From assembly GCA_043717975.1 (NCBI GenBank), contig JAYSWO010000411.1:1-54021 (forward strand): 54,021 nt of DNA, written 5' to 3'. Of this stretch, positions 50,069 through 54,021 are shown in pieces (position 1 is the stretch's first letter; each line of letters begins with the position of its first letter). A program made the translations under genes and the position numbers. Below the pieces are notes generated by a model. The model had not been told where the DNA came from. It saw only the letters and a program-made list of their open reading frames with translations, and did not search any database. Source of the stretch: Ferruginibacter sp. (GTDB lineage: Bacteria > Bacteroidota > Bacteroidia > Chitinophagales > Chitinophagaceae).

Positions 50069-51130
50069 TTAATTAATATGTATGGCATTGTACAATTGAT
50101 CTGCTACTTTTATGGCATCATACTTTTTTAATAATTCTTTTGATGTTATTGTTAGCTTATTTTTTATAGCCTCATCTTTATATAACAATTGCATTTTTTC
50201 TGTAATGGCTTTATCAGTCATTTCTGTATATAATACCGCTTCGTCAAAAATACTTCTATTAATAGTATTATCTATTGTTACAACCGGTATGGTTTGTTGC
50301 AAAGCTACAAAAGCAATATTGTTGGTGTTATATTCCGAAAAATAAAACAATCCATTAGACGCAGCTACAATGTTTCTTCTGTTGTTTACATCTTGGGGTA
50401 TGAATAATACTTCATCCTTATACTTGTAATTTTTAAAATCTGGTATTAACTTTTTTTCCATTACATCATCTAAAAATACAACCAATTTCATACTCGTTTT
50501 TTGCATTTTTTTCAATTGTGAAAAAGCTTTTAGTACATGCAAAATGTACTCCTTTGATGTAGTTGTTACAGAAAATAAATAATAATCAAACCCTTTGCTG
50601 TACAACGTTTTTATTTCTTCAATTGTAGCAAAACTATACTTTTTTATATTGCCTGTTAAGCCATGAAAAATTGTTTCAATTTTCTTAGCCGGTATAGCAT
50701 ATTCTTTCTGTAATGCGCTTGATATAAAACCTTCGGCTGTAAAAACCTTTGTTGTTTTTGCTAACGCCTCTACAAATTTGCTTTTAAAAGCAGGGTTATT
50801 TTCCTTTAAAAAGTTTTCTTTAGTAAAAAATAAGTATTGTGGAATGGTTGTTTGTTCGCACACCAAACCAGCGTCTCCAATAAAAACAATCTTTACTCTT
50901 TTTTTTAAAAAACCATACAATTTAAATTTATACCAAAAAAACAATAGTAAATTGTTTGTAGGTTTTGGAGATATGATTACTTGATTACAGTTTTTGTTTA
51001 AACCTTCTATCAATGTATCTACAAAAAAAATAAATTTTACTTCAGGGTATTTTTCAGAAAGTATTTTTAAAGAAGTAAGCAAAGGATTTTCTATATCCTT
51101 ATGCTGCGAAAAATGTGCTGCTATTTGCAT
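50069..51130 (-). CDS. Glycosyltransferase family 4-like protein, degenerate
   Basis: GT-B-like segments (Y.IP..KI..I.HG, LKAFS..KK, PVVT); the EGFG..E motif is not retained. Confidence 0.6.
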   Translation of the reverse strand: MQIAAHFSQHKDIENPLLTSLKILSEKYPEVKFIFFVDTLIEGLNKNCNQVIISPKPTNNLLLFFWYKFKLYGFLKKRVKIVFIGDAGLVCEQTTIPQYLFFTKENFLKENNPAFKSKFVEALAKTTKVFTAEGFISSALQKEYAIPAKKIETIFHGLTGNIKKYSFATIEEIKTLYSKGFDYYLFSVTTTSKEYILHVLKAFSQLKKMQKTSMKLVVFLDDVMEKKLIPDFKNYKYKDEVLFIPQDVNNRRNIVAASNGLFYFSEYNTNNIAFVALQQTIPVVTIDNTINRSIFDEAVLYTEMTDKAITEKMQLLYKDEAIKNKLTITSKELLKKYDAIKVADQLYNAIHIN

Positions 51131-51144
51131 ATTGCAAAATATAA

Positions 51145-52329
51145 TTAATTTTTTATTGGATGGGTTGAAGTGATATTTTGAACTATAAACATACAATCCA
51201 TATCGCCAAAAGGATGGTTAGAATTTTTCCATTCTAAAACAGGATTGTTTTTATACAAGCCTAGAAAGAAGTTTCTTGAAGTATCTGAGTTACACAAAGT
51301 TTCAAAAGCATAATGAAAATCATTTTTCTTAACCTTATTATAACTGCTATAGTTGCCATTTACAAAACCTGCATTATAAAAATAAAATAATTTTTCAGGA
51401 GATCTACTAAATCCAGAAGAGGCACAATTAACATACTGAATTGCTGATAAACTAACATTATTGTAAACGGGCGAAGTAGAATTGTTTTTTAATATGCTAA
51501 AAAATGCTTTTTTATTGTCAGTAGTGTGAGAGACCACAAAAAATCCTAAAAATCTTGCTTTTTTTTCTTGTTTTGAAAACCAAATATTATATAAATTTTT
51601 AAAATTTTCAAACAACTCATCATCCCTGCGCCCTTTATCTGTTTTATTAGAAAACACAATTGTTTTTAAATGTAAAAAATCATCCCCGAATATTGTAGCA
51701 TAAAGTTGTTCATTGTTTGTAATTTCTTTTTTTAATATATCATTAATTTCTCTCAATTTACTTTGGTTATTTCTATTTTCAAACAAAGCGTTTATTACAT
51801 TACCAAATAAGGTTGTACTATCGCTATACTTATATTTTTTTACTAGATATAAAATACAATCTGTATAAAAGTATGGGCCAAATTTAATATCGATATCTAT
51901 ACCAAATAATTTAACCTTGTTTTTTTTCGTTTTATTAAAAATGATTAGTTTATCTAGAAAAGCTATGTTCATTCTACCATCGTAATTACTATGCAATACA
52001 CTTAAATCGCCAGTCTCAATGTATTTTTGAAAAAAGAAAACTTCGCTATGAGGCATTTCTATTATTATATTTTCTACACTATTATGTTCATATAAATATT
52101 GAATCATTTCATATTCTATCAAAAGATTTGCATTTGTGCCGTGCCATTCACCTACTAAATAAAAATCTTTAATTGGCAATACATCTTTTTCACCCAAACT
52201 AGAGTGCAAACTATTCATAGTAAATGATACTGCATTCTTTTTTAAAGAATCATAAAAAGCATTTTGAGAAATAGAAGCTTTATGTAATAAAATACAAAAG
52301 GCTACAATTGCTATTTTTCTATTTTGCAT
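51145..52329 (-). CDS. Exported EreA/ChaN-like (erythromycin esterase fold) protein
   Basis: Signal peptide; LVGEWHG, IIIE, FGIDID, RD...F.N, later His (VSHT). Confidence 0.6.
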   Translation of the reverse strand: MQNRKIAIVAFCILLHKASISQNAFYDSLKKNAVSFTMNSLHSSLGEKDVLPIKDFYLVGEWHGTNANLLIEYEMIQYLYEHNSVENIIIEMPHSEVFFFQKYIETGDLSVLHSNYDGRMNIAFLDKLIIFNKTKKNKVKLFGIDIDIKFGPYFYTDCILYLVKKYKYSDSTTLFGNVINALFENRNNQSKLREINDILKKEITNNEQLYATIFGDDFLHLKTIVFSNKTDKGRRDDELFENFKNLYNIWFSKQEKKARFLGFFVVSHTTDNKKAFFSILKNNSTSPVYNNVSLSAIQYVNCASSGFSRSPEKLFYFYNAGFVNGNYSSYNKVKKNDFHYAFETLCNSDTSRNFFLGLYKNNPVLEWKNSNHPFGDMDCMFIVQNITSTHPIKN

Positions 52330-52370
52330 ATTGATTATAGTGAAAAGTAAATTAAGATATTTTTTTTAGT

Positions 52371-53666
52371 TTAGCTGTTTCGCAAAACTTTTAACTTCAC
52401 TGTTTCTATTCTTGTATCGCTCATGCTCATTATGCTAAATTCATAATTGCCAATAATAATTTGCTCTTTTTCTTTTGGTATATCTTCGTTGTGTTGTACA
52501 ATAAAACCAGATAGAGTTTCCGCTGTTTCATCTTCAGGAAACTCTAGCCCGTATTTTTCCGTAATCAAATCAAGCTCTACTCGTCCACTAAACAAAAATT
52601 CGTTGGTAGAAAGTTGTTTATCTACAAACTCTTCCACATCATCATGCTCATCTTTTATTTCACCAAAAATTTCTTCTAGCAAATCTTCCATTGTAACAAT
52701 GCCAGCTGTACCGCCAAATTCATCTATCACCCAAGCGATTGTTTTTCTATCCTTACTAAACTTTGTCATTAAATCTGTAGCCGTCATCGTTTCAGGTACA
52801 GTAGGTATTGGTAAAATAATGTCTTGAATGGTAGCTGGGCTATTAAACAAATCTAGCTGGTGCACATAACCTATAATATTATCAATGTTTTTATCAAACA
52901 CCACCAATTTGCTAAGCCTTGTTTCTATAAATAATTTTTTAATATCGTCGATGCTACTTTCTTTGCTAATGCCTACTATTTCCTTGCGTGGCACCAAGCA
53001 CTCACGCAAACGCACATCTGCTAGCGATAAGGCATTTTCAAATAGCTCCTTATTTACCTCTGATGAAACATCTTCATTGTGCATTTTATTTTGTTGCACA
53101 TAATTGTCCAGCTCTACTTTTCCAAATACTTCTTTTTTATCATTCACTTTCACATTAAAAATATACAGCAATATCCACTCAGACATACTTACAAACATGG
53201 CAGCTATTCCTGAAAAAGCAGCATAAAAAAACTCAGCTATGTAAGCCACAAAACCATTAGCCAAAAGACTATTGCTACGAGCACGAAAAAATGCTCTACA
53301 AATAAATTGAATTAATAAGATAATAATTGTCGTTGTAACAATAACAATAGCAATAAAAAAATATATTGCTAATTGTAATTGTACTTTGGAAAATATTGGC
53401 TGTAATAAGTGCATTACCAAATCTTGCAATTTTCCAATACTCAATCCAAAAATAACTAACAACACATTCAGTATTAATACGATTGTACCAATAAATTTTG
53501 CAGGATGCTCTGCAAAATTTCCCCATATTTTTCCTGCATAAGTGCCCTGCTTTTTATTAAGCTCAAGCGATAGTTTATTGGCAGAAACGAAGGCAATTTC
53601 TACACCTGCAAAAAAACCTATGAGTAGCAATGAAACAAAAATGGCTATGAGTGCAATAATATCCAT
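52371..53666 (-). CDS. CNNM/CBS/CorC hemolysin-like (TlyC/CorB family) membrane protein
   Basis: GFFAG.EIAFVS, VPR.EI, VIDEFGGTAGIVTMEDLLEEIFGEIKDEHD. Confidence 0.93.
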   Translation of the reverse strand: MDIIALIAIFVSLLLIGFFAGVEIAFVSANKLSLELNKKQGTYAGKIWGNFAEHPAKFIGTIVLILNVLLVIFGLSIGKLQDLVMHLLQPIFSKVQLQLAIYFFIAIVIVTTTIIILLIQFICRAFFRARSNSLLANGFVAYIAEFFYAAFSGIAAMFVSMSEWILLYIFNVKVNDKKEVFGKVELDNYVQQNKMHNEDVSSEVNKELFENALSLADVRLRECLVPRKEIVGISKESSIDDIKKLFIETRLSKLVVFDKNIDNIIGYVHQLDLFNSPATIQDIILPIPTVPETMTATDLMTKFSKDRKTIAWVIDEFGGTAGIVTMEDLLEEIFGEIKDEHDDVEEFVDKQLSTNEFLFSGRVELDLITEKYGLEFPEDETAETLSGFIVQHNEDIPKEKEQIIIGNYEFSIMSMSDTRIETVKLKVLRNS

Positions 53667-53684
53667 GGTATAAAGATAAGTATC

Positions 53685-54020
53685 TTATGATTTTAAAAAG
53701 TCAGCAACTATTTTTTCTGCTTCTGCACAAGCCGCCGATAAATCAGCATTTACCACGGTTTTATCAAAATAGGTTTTAAAAGACAATTCATATGACGCTT
53801 TGTTTACCCTTGCCGTTAATGACTCTTCTGTTTCTGTACCTCGGCTTTGCAACCTTTTTTTTAACTCATCTACCGATGGTGGCTCTATAAAAAGACTTAA
53901 TGTGCCTTCGTTAAATTGTTGTTGCACATGTATGGCTCCTTTTACATCAATATCCAGCACGGGTACTTTTCCTACTGCCCATATTGTATCCAACTCACTT
54001 TTTAGCGTACCATAATATTT
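53685..54020 (-). CDS. gmk: Guanylate kinase, 3' part (truncated by window edge)
   Basis: YYGT, LDIDVKGA, FIEPPS..EL..RL..RGTETEE. Confidence 0.93.
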   Translation of the reverse strand, partial: KYYGTLKSELDTIWAVGKVPVLDIDVKGAIHVQQQFNEGTLSLFIEPPSVDELKKRLQSRGTETEESLTARVNKASYELSFKTYFDKTVVNADLSAACAEAEKIVADFLKS

Positions 54021-54021
54021 T

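Overview
AT-rich chromosomal window from a Bacteroidota genome. Gene content, TAnnTTTG-type promoters and a T9SS cargo protein suggest Chitinophagaceae (inference). It is mostly housekeeping and envelope genes: dacB, a TetR/TolC/MFP/RND efflux operon, serC, an acyl-CoA ligase, a CHASE3-PAS two-component cluster, mutL, asnS, pheS, an lpxD-like gene and partial gmk. No rRNA, tRNA, CRISPR, integrase or transposase was seen. The most notable locus is at the left end. An orphan umuD-like gene whose catalytic Lys is replaced by Arg is divergent from a 2H-phosphoesterase that ends in a beta-clamp-like motif (QGALF). The two share an intergenic region with CTAA-N5-TTAG palindromes, a candidate SOS-controlled module. 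Other points are a compact cobalamin riboswitch ahead of a DUF6580/BtuM-like membrane protein, several apparently leaderless genes, a probable CTG-initiated response regulator, two pseudogene candidates and several REP/MITE-like repeats. All family assignments come from motif recognition by eye; no searches were run.
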